Shown piece after piece: positions 35,581 through 46,853 of a stretch of DNA of 64,000 bases (the first letter of the stretch is position 1; the number at the start of each line of letters is the position of its first letter). The position numbers were made by a program, and so were the translations under genes. This stretch comes from Camelus ferus (Eukaryota): positions 20,894,001 to 20,958,000 of the forward strand of contig NC_045716.1 in the NCBI RefSeq assembly GCF_009834535.1. Reading direction: 5' to 3'. Below the pieces are notes generated by a model, which worked only from the letters and a program-made list of their open reading frames with translations, was not told the origin of the DNA and ran no database searches.

Positions 35581-37762
35581 TCAGGGACCCCCTTAGAGAC
35601 CCCCAGTTTCTTCACTGATTGGTGCCCCCAGTTCAAACTCTTCTCTTGGACTAAACGGTTGAGAAGGATCTCATCCCAGAAAGAGACAGATAGATGGAGG
35701 CGGAGTTTGCGTCTAGAAAACTTTGGTTTGGGGCATCCGTAAGAGATCTAAAGTTGGGAGGGTCGAGGAATGGTCGGGGGGGGTGGTGGCAGAAGAGGGG
35801 GTTCTATCTGGCTTGGAAATTACCCGCTAGTACTCTTCACTCCTTAGCCCCACAAAAATAATTCCTCCATAGGCTGCCAAATCAAATTTGGGGCCGAAGG
35901 TGGCAGAGCCCTTGTGGGATTGGTAAATCCAGCCCAGACTGCTTCTTGGTAGAGGTGGGGGCAATCCGACTTTCTTCTCTCCATTTTTGAGACTCTCCCG
36001 CCAGAACGGCCCAGTCTGCCATGTGGTTGATTCAGCCCGCCAATATGAGGTGCCCCCCCACCCCAGCACCTGGCCAGGTGGGAGGGTGGGTCGCAAAAGC
36101 CCAGACTGGCGCATTCATCATGTTTCCCCTAAGAACTGAGACAGGTGGAGTGAGGTGTTAGTAAGGGAGGGTGCTGAAGAAGGTTGGGGGAAGACACAGC
36201 GGGCTGTGCCTCTGGCAGCTTATTTTGGAGTTGGTGTAGAGAGAGGCCTTTGGTATTAGCCCTAGAGTACAGGAGTCCTGCAGAGTGAAAGAAATCCAGG
36301 GATAGAGAGGAGTAGAGGGAGGGAGTCTTCTGGCTGAGGGGGCCAAGTGCAGAACTGCCTTATGGCTGTGGGTTTCTATTCTCCGCGTGAGCCTGTGTCT
36401 CTTCATTCTGCTCTGCGCTTAGGAAGTTGTCCCAGGCTCGCCTGGGTCCTGTTCAGAGTGCCCAGACCAGCTTTGGGGCCACTCCGAGAAAATCCAGGAG
36501 ACCCTTCCTCACTCTGTACCCTCTCCTGAGGAATGTGCCTAATCCCATATGCTGGAAGCCCCTTGTTCCCTCGAATTTATAGATGTCTGGCCTCTGGAAT
36601 GGGAGTGAAGTACAGCGAGAAGCAGGGCTCTCTCAGCTTCCAGGGCCTTCTAGGGGACTGCGAGCAGGGGTTAGTGTGAGGAAGCAGCCACAGACTGCCT
36701 TGTGTGTGCATGTATGTGTGTGGTGTGTGAACACTCGTGTACTTTACCCAGCACCTTTGATCCATCTGGCTTCTTGACCCAAATGCCAAGGGCCTGGTGG
36801 GCAGGGCAAGAACTGAACCCAGGTCTCTACTGCTCCTACCTCCTGGGGGTGGGACAAAGTTCAGAGGCTAGGGAGGGGGCTCAGCTGGAATGTGGGTTGC
36901 CGGGACCTCTTTCAGGTTGCAGGGAAGAGAGACTTGGTAGGGGGAACACATAGGGACCCACATTGGCCCCTGTGAGGAAGACCTTCAGGTTTCCTGTGGC
37001 CTTTGGAGTGGGGGCAGCGCCTGGGACTGGGGATGCCATCCATTTCTTCTTTTCATTCTGGGCCTGCAGGACAGAAGAGTGGGACAGGGAGGCAGAGTCT
37101 CTTGCTCTGTTGAGGCCTTACGCTCTAGATAAAGTTAGGGCTGGGGGAGGGAGATCAGACTGGATCCCAAAGAGATAGGACCCCACCCTTTGCCTGTGCT
37201 CTGGCTCTAGGTTGTGACAATTGCAGGGAGTGGTACACCCAGGGCTGTTATCTCCCAAATACATTCTACTTGAAAGCCACAAGAACAGACAAATCTAAGT
37301 CTCCTCACCATCCTTGGATGCTATCTTAGTCTGTGGGGTGGCCCCTCCTGAGATGGAGGAGGAAGGAGTAGGGGGGCCTTGCTGACTAATAGGCAACCAG
37401 AGTCCTCAGCCATGGTGAAGGCTACTGTGTGGATTTTCCTTCCTCAACCCCTGCTTCTGGGGAGGACGGCTGACCCCGGGTGAGACTAGAACAGCCCAGT
37501 GCTTAAAGAGTCCAGCCAGAGAGGCCACGTGGTAGGCAAGACCTGCCTGGAAGGATGGTGTGATTCCATCTTAACCTTCTCCTTTCCTCTTCCTCCTCCC
37601 TGACTTCCTGGGGGATCTCCAAGCACTTAACAGTTAACCTCCAAGACTCAGGGATTTTCCCCTTAGGTTCCTTCCTCCTTTCTCCACTTCCTATTTCACA
37701 GTCCCAGAAAACCTGAGCAGCCAGAGGGCCTCACCCATCTTTCCGCCCTCTGCCCCTCCCCC

Positions 37763-37910
37763 NNNNNNNNNNNNNNNNNNNNNNNNNNNNNNNNNNNNNN
37801 NNNNNNNNNNNNNNNNNNNNNNNNNNNNNNNNNNNNNNNNNNNNNNNNNNNNNNNNNNNNNNNNNNNNNNNNNNNNNNNNNNNNNNNNNNNNNNNNNNNN
37901 NNNNNNNNNN
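37763..37910. other. N gap, 148 nt, HDGF intron 1
   Basis: Run of N after a C-rich tract. Confidence 0.99.
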
Positions 37911-38290
37911 TGTGGGCTTAGCCTTCTCTGCTGCCTTTCTACGTGCTGAGTAGGCGCCCCAGGCCTGTATTTGGTCTGAGGCTGGGGGAGAGGTGTTCAG
38001 TCCCCTCTCCCCCACTCCTCACTTGGGAACTTCGGATTCCTCTTCAGACCTTCGAGGGTGTCTGTGGGCTCTGGGAGGACGAGACTTCCAGTGCTCAGGC
38101 CTGTCTGATAGAACCAGGCAAATGCAGAAGGGCAGGGGAGGGAGCGGATGAACCCTAGCTGGGGAGAGATAACTCTCCAGGATTCCTGAAATGGCTGAGA
38201 AGTAGCAGAGCCCCCTCCCCCGCTGGCCAGTGGAGGAGGTACAGTGGGGTCCCCAGCATTCATCTGGCCCCACCCTGACCCACTTAGGCT

Positions 38291-38326
38291 TGACTCACTT
38301 GTTCTGAGTCACAGCCTGGATATAAA
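38291..38326 (+). promoter_or_regulatory. paired AP-1 sites plus TATAAA in HDGF intron 1
   Basis: TGACTCA 38291-38297, TGAGTCA 38305-38311, TATAAA 38321-38326. Confidence 0.45.
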
Positions 38327-40319
38327 GGCACCGCCTGGGAGACACATGTCTGTATTGGGGGTACAGGCCTCCCCTGAGACCTCATGTCCTTTGCATTGAC
38401 GAAGAACCGCCCTTCACTTCCAAATGCAAGAAAAGACATTTCCTTTGTAGCTTGAAGGATGAAGAGTCCACTACAGAAGGGATTTCTCCCATTTTGGGGG
38501 TAAGGGGTTGGAGATTCCATTAAGTGAAAAGAGCATACTTCTGGCCCTTCCTCCACAGGTACCTGCACTCACGCGGGGAGATGCCCATCTGCCTACTCAG
38601 GCCCGTGGCCTCCCTCTTTCATCTAGACCAACCCTTTATTTGGCTGGAAGTCAGCAGGGCGGGTATATCTGGTGTGTCTCGTTCTGTCTATTTTTAATTC
38701 CTATCCATTCTTTTGTTTCTCCCCCGCCCCTGAGGCTGGGCAGCTGGTGGCCTCCTGGATCCCCTGTCACAACGTTCAGCTACCTCTCTGAGTTTGCTTC
38801 CCACGGGAAAGAGACTGATGGTCAAGGTGCTACTTGGCCTTGTCTGAGCTTAGAGAACCTCGTATCTTCTCTTTCTTCACTTACCCTACCTCCTTTCCTG
38901 AGCCTCAGTTTTTCCCCTTTCATCTCATGTTTCCTGCGAGCCTGTTAATGTCCTGGCTCAGGTGTGGGCACTGAAAATGCAGAGCCCAAAGAAGTTTCCA
39001 GCGAGGACCCTTAGATCTCCACCTCCCCAGCCCCCAGCCGCAGCCCTGGTGCACAAAGATCTGCTGAGAAGAGGCTGAGGAAAGGGCTTTTGCTATTATT
39101 GTCCTATGCCTGTCTCCTGGGATCTCTAAGCCCAGGAGGCTCTCATTTTGCTTTTTGCTTCCCCTTCTGAGAGTGGGGAGCTAGCTGGCAACAGAACCCA
39201 GGTGTCCTGGCTGAGGACTGGCTCCTCCCCAGCCCACACCCCAGCTCTGGCTTCCTGAGAAGGGCCCGGCCCTCAGCCCTAGCTGTGGTTTCAGGCACAG
39301 CCAGGGACTCAGGTGCCAGACTCCAGGCTTGGGGGTGGGGTGTGTGTTAGTGTCCCCTCCTCCCCAATCTGGAGAGAGGGCCTGGGGGGAGGGGCAGTCA
39401 CATTCCTGGTAGCTGAGTGGCCCTGGGGGCGGGGTTGGGTTGTCATGGTGATGGGGATCGAGCTGGGGTGGGGGACAACATGCCTTTCCACCCCCTGTTC
39501 TCACACCCTAGCGTCTCCAGGTCGTGGGGAGGGCCCAGTTTGTGCTGGGCCTTCCTGGGGGGAGGGGCTGGACCTCTGTCCCCAGAGGCCACAGGGCAAG
39601 GGGGGAGGGGCTCAGGAGCCTGAAGACTCCATGTCTGGAGCAAGATGCCCCTCAGACGCTTGCTTGCCCAGGGTTCCACCCCCTCTCTTGGGTGTGTCTC
39701 AGCTTATTTCCAACCACCCAGCCTCCCTGTCTCCCCAGGCCCCCAGTCAGGCACTCTCTACTAGTCTCTGTTAATCACTGCCTTGGCCTGTCTGTCTCTT
39801 TCCTATCTGCGCCTGGGGCCCCAGTCAACATGGCCACCTGGCCTCTGTCCGGCGGGAAGCCAGGCCCAGGCCGCTGGGGCTGCTGCAAGTGTTGCTGGGA
39901 GTTGTAGTCCTCCCCAGCTTCCCCAGCCCAGCTTGGCCTGGGCTTCACGGCCTGATCTGGGAGAGGCTGTCTGGACCACTGCCTTTCACCATTTCTCTGA
40001 CCTCAGATATCTGTACCTTCTTCACCACAGCACCCCTCATGGCCCTCAGGACATGTGGGGCAGAGGATCAAGTCAGGAGATCTTATTCTAACATCTAGCC
40101 CTCACCAATTTGCCCTTTTGCCCTGTTAATTTGGGCAAATCACTTTTCTTTTCTGGGCCTCAGTTTCCTTGTCTGTAAAATGAGACTGATTACATCGCAT
40201 GACTTTCAAAGTGTTCCCCAGAAGGCTTTTCTGAAGCTGCTGCTGATGGAGGGATATTGAATAGGCAGCCCCTTGGCCTTACCCTTCCTCTTTAACCAGA
40301 GCAGTCTGCTTTTGTCTGT

Positions 40320-40850
40320 TTCATAGATTTATTCAGCAAATCTTTGTTGTGTACTTACTGTGTGCTAGGGCATGAAAACAGACCTCTCTGATCTCAGGGC
40401 AGGCATAGTCCACATAGACATTAATCAAATGATAACATGAAGATCTGTAAAATTGGAATTGTGGAAAGCACTATGAAGCAGAGGTGCTAAGAGAGTTTTA
40501 TCTGGGAAACGGACCAGGTTGGGAGAGATGAGGAAGATTTCTGGAGGAAGTGATGGTGAGGCTGAGGTTGGAAGGCTGGTCAGGAATTAGTAAGTATAGG
40601 AGTCTGAAAGGTCAGTGTGGCCAGAGCAGAAAGCAGAAGGGCAGTGTCCTGGGAGAGGAGGAGGACAGCAAGCATGTATTCGGGATGTACATGCCAAGTC
40701 ATGGTTACTTAATCCTTACAACCCTGTGGCTTCAGTACCATAACTATCTCGGTTTTACAGATGAGGAGACAAGTTCTGTAAGTTGCCCAAGGTCATACAA
40801 GTACAAGTGGTAGCATTGGAATTCAGACATTATGGAGACATTATGGAGGA
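40320..40850 (-). mobile_element. L2 fragment followed by MIR
   Basis: ttattcagcaaat...tactgtgtgctagg (L2); ggttttacagatgaggagac...ttgcccaaggtca (MIR). Confidence 0.65.
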
Positions 40851-41326
40851 GAGGTGAATGGGTGGGCCCTAGAGTTCTGAAAAGGTTTCAAGCTGGGAGA
40901 CAAAATGCCCGGTCAACGTTTGGAAAGGCCCCCTCTGCCTGCGATGTGGAGAATGGGCTGTAGTAAGGCTAGAATGGAGACAGAGGAGAGATTGAGGCTG
41001 TGGCTTTAGTCCAAGCAAGAAGTGACAGTGGTTGGTCCAAGGTGATGGCAAAGACATGGAACTTTATGGACAGGATCTGTTTCTTGAGCTGTGAAGGAAG
41101 GTGGGGGTTGGTAACTCTGGGGTTTCTGCTGGGCTTTTTTATGTCTGACTTCTTTGGAACAAAATTCCACTGCTAAAAATGATTCAGAAATCACCTTGGT
41201 GAACTCCTGGGTCCCTCTCAGGTTGACTTTTAACAAAAGTGCCTTAGAGGTCAGCCCCCCACCCCTTGCCCCAAATCTTGACTTTAGGATTCCAGCTCAC
41301 GCTCACTTTCCTCCTCTTGCTCTCAG

Positions 41327-41403
41327 ATTGATGAGATGCCCGAGGCTGCCGTGAAATCAACAGCAAACAAATACCAAGTCTTTTTTTTCGGGACCCACGA
41401 GAC
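41327..41403 (+). CDS. HDGF: HDGF exon 2 (IDEMPEAAVKSTANKYQVFFFGTHET), PWWP/HATH domain
   Basis: 77 nt; polypyrimidine tract with CAG acceptor and GTGAGT donor. Confidence 0.97.
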
Positions 41404-41534
41404 GTGAGTGAGGGGGCAGAGGCAGGGAGGGCCACGGGTGGACCACTTTGGGGGAAAGAGTGGTGGTGATGGTAACCCCTCCCTGTCGGGCTACGCAGCT
41501 CAGAGGCAGGGAGGGGCTCGAGAGGACAGTCTCC

Positions 41535-41690
41535 NNNNNNNNNNNNNNNNNNNNNNNNNNNNNNNNNNNNNNNNNNNNNNNNNNNNNNNNNNNNNNNNNN
41601 NNNNNNNNNNNNNNNNNNNNNNNNNNNNNNNNNNNNNNNNNNNNNNNNNNNNNNNNNNNNNNNNNNNNNNNNNNNNNNNNNNNNNNNNNN
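41535..41690 (+). other. HDGF: N gap (156 nt) inferred to hold HDGF exon 3
   Basis: Exon 2 ends in phase 2 and exon 4 starts in phase 0, so an exon is needed. AFLGPKDLFP...ASGYQ is not visible, and the gap size and position fit. Confidence 0.7.
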
Positions 41691-42055
41691 GCTGCCATCT
41701 GCCCCAAAGACCCCCTGGAAAGCAGGTGTGGCCATAGGCTCCGGGAGCCCCGGGCCCACACTCAATGCTTAGCCTTTAGGACTGGGGGGCTGGCTCAGAA
41801 CCAAACACCAGGGCTTTCAGAGTAGGAGCTCGTTGGGTGGGGGGTGGGGGAGGCCTCCTGCAAGAGGGGAGGAGTGTAGTGTGGGTGTGTGGTGTAGCTG
41901 TGGTGAGGGGCAACTCACTAGACAGCGCCTGGGGGGGCAAGAACAGGATGGAGGCGGTAAGTGAGGACTGACTGGCCTTTGGTGGGCCCAGCGTGAGTGT
42001 AGGACGTGGCCTTAACTCTTTCCACAAAGGCTTCCAGGAGGAGGTGCTCGTGAGC

Positions 42056-42283
42056 NNNNNNNNNNNNNNNNNNNNNNNNNNNNNNNNNNNNNNNNNNNNN
42101 NNNNNNNNNNNNNNNNNNNNNNNNNNNNNNNNNNNNNNNNNNNNNNNNNNNNNNNNNNNNNNNNNNNNNNNNNNNNNNNNNNNNNNNNNNNNNNNNNNNN
42201 NNNNNNNNNNNNNNNNNNNNNNNNNNNNNNNNNNNNNNNNNNNNNNNNNNNNNNNNNNNNNNNNNNNNNNNNNNNNNNNNNNN
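42056..42283. other. N gap, 228 nt, HDGF intron 3
   Basis: Run of N. Confidence 0.99.
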
Positions 42284-42379
42284 GAGAAGGAAGGAGTGAG
42301 TGGCCGAGGGAGGGGCCTTGGGAGGGGGCCCAGCATGGCAGCCGCTGGTGCCACTCAGTCCCTGCTGTCTCCGCCGCAG

Positions 42380-42565
42380 TCCTCCCAGAAAAAGAGCTGT
42401 GTGGAAGAGCCTGAGCCGGAGCCCGAAGCCACCGAGGGTGATTGCGACAAGAAGGGGAATGCTGAGGGTAGCAGTGATGAGGAAGGGAAGCTGGTCATCG
42501 ATGAGCCGACCAAGGAGAAGAACGAGAAGGGGGCGCTGAAGAGGAGAGCGGGGGACCTGCTGGAG
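42380..42565 (+). CDS. HDGF: HDGF exon 4 (SSQKKSCVEEPEPE...KRRAGDLLE)
   Basis: 186 nt; CAG acceptor and GTAACT donor. Confidence 0.97.
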
Positions 42566-42850
42566 GTAACTGTCCCCTACCTGGGGCCCAGGACCAAGGC
42601 TCCCAGTCTGAGGAGAGAGATTACTACTTCTTCAGGGAGTGCCCAGTTTGAGAGACTCAGCCCCTAGTCATGGGGTGTCCCTTGCTAAGAAGATGGGACA
42701 CGGGAGATATCTCAGCCACCAGAGGGCTGGAGAGGGGTTGTGGGTCTGCCCAGGAAGGAGCCTTGGGGAAAGGAGGGGGAGGCCCGGGTGGGTGGCTGGT
42801 GTCCTCCCTCTCCAGTCTCAGCCCACCTCGTCTCTGCCAATCCTGCCTAG

Positions 42851-43071
42851 GACTCCCCCAAACGTCCCAAGGAGGCAGAAGACCCAGAAGGGGAGGAGAA
42901 GGAAGTGGCCACCTTGGAGGGTGAGAGGCCCCTTCCTGTGGAGGCAGAGAACAGCACCCCCTCTGAGCCTGGCTCTGGCCGGGGGCCTCCTCAGGAGGAG
43001 GAAGAGGAGGAAGAAGAGGAAGAGGCTGCCAAGGAAGATGCTGAGGCCCCGGGCATCAGAGATCACGAGAG
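42851..43071 (+). CDS. HDGF: HDGF exon 5 (DSPKRPKE...GIRDHES), acidic tail
   Basis: 221 nt; TAG acceptor and GTGAGT donor. Completes the bipartite NLS KRR...SPKRPK across the exon 4/5 junction. Confidence 0.97.
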
Positions 43072-43202
43072 GTGAGTGCGCCCCCTGCCCTGTGGCAGTC
43101 GGGCTGGGAGGGCCCAGCCACCTGCTGAGAGGAGGAGGAGGAGGGCCTGTAGCAGTCAGCCTCTCGGGAAGCAGGGTGGGCTCTCCCAGGAGACCTGCAC
43201 TG

Positions 43203-43382
43203 NNNNNNNNNNNNNNNNNNNNNNNNNNNNNNNNNNNNNNNNNNNNNNNNNNNNNNNNNNNNNNNNNNNNNNNNNNNNNNNNNNNNNNNNNNNNNNNNNN
43301 NNNNNNNNNNNNNNNNNNNNNNNNNNNNNNNNNNNNNNNNNNNNNNNNNNNNNNNNNNNNNNNNNNNNNNNNNNNNNNNNNN
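43203..43382 (+). other. HDGF: N gap (180 nt) inferred to hold the HDGF last-exon start and stop codon
   Basis: Sequence directly after the gap is recognisable HDGF 3' UTR (ggagattgacctggatg...). Confidence 0.75.
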
Positions 43383-44179
43383 ACTCTCCTCTTCCACTCA
43401 CTCTGCCCCTTCTGAGCTCAGCCCTTGGAGATTGACCTGGATGAGGCAGGCTATTTGGCCCTCACCACCATGTCCCCACACCCCTGTGACCTGAGTCAGG
43501 TCCATGTCTTCTGCTCTGTGGGATGAGATGAGGCCATTGTGTCCCTCCCTGCCTGGAGCTGTTCCCCAGGGTATTTGTTGGGGCCTGGCCCGGCTATTTC
43601 CATACCTGACACCCCTCACCTGCTCTCCCAGGCATTCTAGACCTCTGGGTTGGTTGGGATCAGGGCTAGGAGTGGACGGGATGGAGAATTAGCAGCAGGG
43701 TGGGCTTCTGGGGTCTGGGAGGGGCAATATTCAAATTGGGAGGGGGTGGGCAGGAGGATGGCATCTTCTTGAGTTCCTGTCCCTTCCTCCCACACCTACT
43801 ATCCCAGCTGCCTAGATTCAGGGAAAGTGGGACAGCTTGTAGGGGAGGAGCTCCCTTCCATAAATCCTTGATGATTGGCAATGCCCATTCTTTTGCCAAC
43901 CCCAGGTGTTAGGGGAGTTACCTTTTATCACCAGAATATTTGGGGCTTCCAAGTTCTTTGGGCCAAGGACCTGAGATCTGAAGAGTTGTTTTCACCCAGC
44001 TTAGGTAGGAATGTTGAGGAGTACCCATCCCCCTCTAGGTCTTAAGCCAGGGATGGGATGCCCTGGGGAGACCCTTAGCTGCCCTTTTCCCTCTCCCCAC
44101 AGTGCTCAAGGCCAGCCTATAGTCACATAACATCACCCAGACATAAAGGAAAAGACACATTTTTTTAGAAAATGTTTTT

Positions 44180-44190
44180 AATAAAATAAA
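44180..44190 (+). terminator. HDGF: HDGF proximal overlapping AATAAA signals
   Basis: AATAAAATAAA followed by an A-tract. Confidence 0.5.
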
Positions 44191-44617
44191 ATTACAAAAA
44201 AAAAATTTTAAAGACCCCCACCATCCCTTTGTGTGCCCGCCCCCCCCCCCACTCTGCTCCTTTCTCCCCCACTGTTGCCCCCATTTCTGAGGTGCACTGG
44301 GAGGCTCCCCTTCTGTTTGGGGCTTGATGACTTTTCTTTTTGTAGTTGGGGCTTTGGTGTTCCTTCTGGTGTCATTTTGCATCCACATACCCCCACCTGG
44401 TCCCCTCAGTGTTGTCACCAGATCAGATTTGTAACCCACTGAGAGGCCAGAGGGAAGTAAGTGCCCTCTCCCAACCTATTTCTAGTGGTCTCCATGCCTC
44501 TCCTCCGTCTCTTGTCTCTCTCGCCCTTGCCCCTCCCCTTGGGCTCTGAAGAAAAATTGCTGACTGTAGCTTTGAAAGTTTAGCTCTGAGAACCGTAGAT
44601 GATTTCAGTTCTAGGAA

Positions 44618-44623
44618 AATAAA
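44618..44623 (+). terminator. HDGF: HDGF distal poly(A) signal
   Basis: AATAAA followed by cccattgattacta, the recalled end of the HDGF mRNA. Confidence 0.8.
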
Positions 44624-45299
44624 ACCCATTGATTACTACATTGGATCTTGACTGATTCTTTGGGGGTATATTGGTAAACTGAAGAGGGGAGTGGGGAAAG
44701 GGAATGCAAATGATTTCCAAGTCCACTTCTCAGATTGAGGTAAGGGGTGCCAGTCTTCTCTTCCATTCTCAGGCTGTTAGAAATAACTAAAATTCTACAT
44801 GAGGGCAAAGTCACAGAATAAACTGTACCATTCATTCTACTTCTGCCCAGCCACTGTTTAACACAATTCCCCCATAAGCACCTGGGAAGTTTTTTTTAAG
44901 TTTGATCAAGAACTAGGGTATGAGAGATTGCCAGTATCAGCCACAGCCCTAGATGGCCATGGAAGTGAGGCTGCTGGGGCTGGTTGTAGAAACAGCTTTG
45001 ACCCTCAAGGGCAAAGCTAGGGATACCTGCCACGGGTAACTGGTGGGGAGGTTGATAATGTGGAATCCTCCCAGTACTCCTGAGTTAAGTGGAATGGACG
45101 GATTAGATCCTCTCAGATTCTTCCAGGCTGACATTTTGTGACTAGACCTTCGACTGGCATTGGAAGGGCCCATGCTTCATCTCTTTAGAAAGCCTGTGAC
45201 ATTCTTTTATCTGCCTTGGCCCCCTCCAGCAGAGAAGGGCAGGCAGGAAGAATACTGGCTATAACCTTGACCAGAAAGGAAGGCCCACAGCTTTGAATA

Positions 45300-45678
45300 G
45301 GGAGCGGCGATCACCTAGAAAATGGAGCCACTGTCTCTCGTAACTACAATTCCCAGCGGCCTCCTCGCAGAGCATGTGCAGGAATGTGCCACGCGCGGCA
45401 GCCTATCCGGCTTTGCCTTCAACTCCCGACGTGCTTCACGGTGCTCTTACGCTTCCTTGATTTCCTACCCGACCAAATTTCCTGTCCCTCACTTGCTCTG
45501 TAGCAACGGACTACAACTCCCAGCATGCAAAGAGGCTAAATTCGTTGTTGAGCGTCCACTGTACGACTAGACTACATTTCCCAGCAAGCCGAGGGATAGG
45601 GAGAGGCGGGGCTCGGGGCTCAGGTCCCATGTGCCGAGGAAACAGGCGGAGGCAACCCGGTCTCAGCGGAAAGCGAAG
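45300..45678 (+). promoter_or_regulatory. MRPL24: MRPL24 CpG promoter and non-coding exon 1 (donor GTGAGG at 45679)
   Basis: Three ZNF143/SBS motifs (45343-45357, 45510-45528, 45571-45589), a GC box at about 45604-45611, and AAG|GTGAG. Confidence 0.7.
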
Positions 45679-46663
45679 GTGAGGGCTGCGCGTCCCGGCG
45701 GTGTTGGCAGCTCTGGGCTCGTCCGGGAGGCGGGAGCGGGAAGGGCCTTCCTTTTCTCCTGGCATGGCACAGTTGCCTCGTCTGAGGTCTCCCTGCATCG
45801 GAAGCTCGGAGCGGGTGGGTGCTGAAGACTGCTGGGGGCTTGACATCGCCCACGTCTAGGCTGGGGCTGGCTGGGCAAGTCTTTGGAGCCAGGGCCTGAG
45901 GCAGCAGACGCTCTACCTCACTACCTTGAACGGCGCTCCCAGAGCACACTGTGAAAGGCTCACTGCGGAAGGGACACCAGCTTCTCCAGGATTTGGAGGG
46001 AAAGAAGGACAAGATCTAGGGGGCTGGCTTCTGGGATTTCCTCCCAGACCTTCACATCTAGAATGACTGAGGTTAAGGGATGTCTTGCAGCAGTCACTCA
46101 GGAGTCTCAGGCCTTAAGATTGGCTCCGCTCCTATCAAGCTGTATGAACTAGGGCAACTCGGCAGCTCTCAGGGCCTCGGTTTCCTCGTCTCCTGTCAGC
46201 CTCCTTCATGGGGGCTGTATGAAGATCAAATGCCAGGAATAGTGAAGTTGCTAGCATTAGATCTGTCAAATGATAGTGCTCTCTAAAGCATTTTTAAATT
46301 CTGAATGGGACCACCTAGGCCCTTACATACATCCAACATTAATTAAAATAACACTAGATCTTTTCTTTTTCATGTTGAGAGGTATAAAGAAAAATGACCC
46401 AATATCTCACTGTTCAGATAAACCAGTTGATAATATATTTTTTAATGCACATCATTAGAAAATGCAAACGTTATGGAAAGGAACAAGATGGAGAGTAAGA
46501 GCCCTCCCAAACTTCCTCTTACTCAAAACAAGTATGTTAGTTGTTTCCTGTTTCCTTCTCATGAATACTTATGCCTGTGACAATATGTATATATATTTAA
46601 ATTTACTCAAAAGGATAATACTATCCCCGTGATTCTGCACTTTGGTTTGTTAAGTTGTTAAAA

Positions 46664-46853
46664 TTAGGCCACCTCTCTTGCTCCCTCCTCTTTGGAGACT
46701 GCGTGCACTCTGTCTATGGAGTGTACTTACTTTTACTTTAACCTGAGCACTCAACCCCCGCACATCGTGGCCTTCCTCTTCCCTTTTGAAACAGCCTACA
46801 CTCTATACAGTATGTATCTCAAAATAAATCTACCTTTACTAAAAAAAAAAAAA
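46664..46853 (+). mobile_element. polyadenylated fragment of the MER41-like LTR family (retrocopy of an LTR transcript end)
   Basis: Aligns by eye to about 26220-26391; stops 12 nt after AATAAA (46823-46828) with A13; GTTAAAA on both flanks (46657-46663 and 46854-46860). Confidence 0.75.

Larger units (their letters stand above)
34761..44640 (+). other. HDGF: HDGF (heparin binding growth factor) gene span, partly hidden by N gaps
   Basis: Exons 2, 4 and 5 and a long recognisable 3' UTR are visible; exons 1, 3 and the start of exon 6 coincide with gaps. Confidence 0.93.

Noticed and set aside
40825-40847. 11-nt tandem duplication AGACATTATGG x2; also ACCTTCGCTAGA x2 at 56913 and 56937
   Set aside because: Short slippage-type duplications within or near MIR sequence with no informative motif.
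41993-42055. Peptide ...HKGFQEEVL resembling HDGF exon 3 (RKGFSEGL)
   Set aside because: Similarity is limited to KGF-x-E with no acceptor context; the real exon 3 fits the gap at 41535-41690.
43146-43152. CCTGTAG matching the expected start of the last HDGF exon
   Set aside because: It is preceded by GG rather than AG and by a purine-rich tract; the 3' UTR resumes only after the gap at 43203-43382.
45629-45678. uATG in MRPL24 exon 1 (19-aa uORF if spliced to 47980)
   Set aside because: Weak context (cccATGt) and only about 20 nt after a GC box, so it probably lies at or upstream of the TSS; cannot be supported without CAGE.
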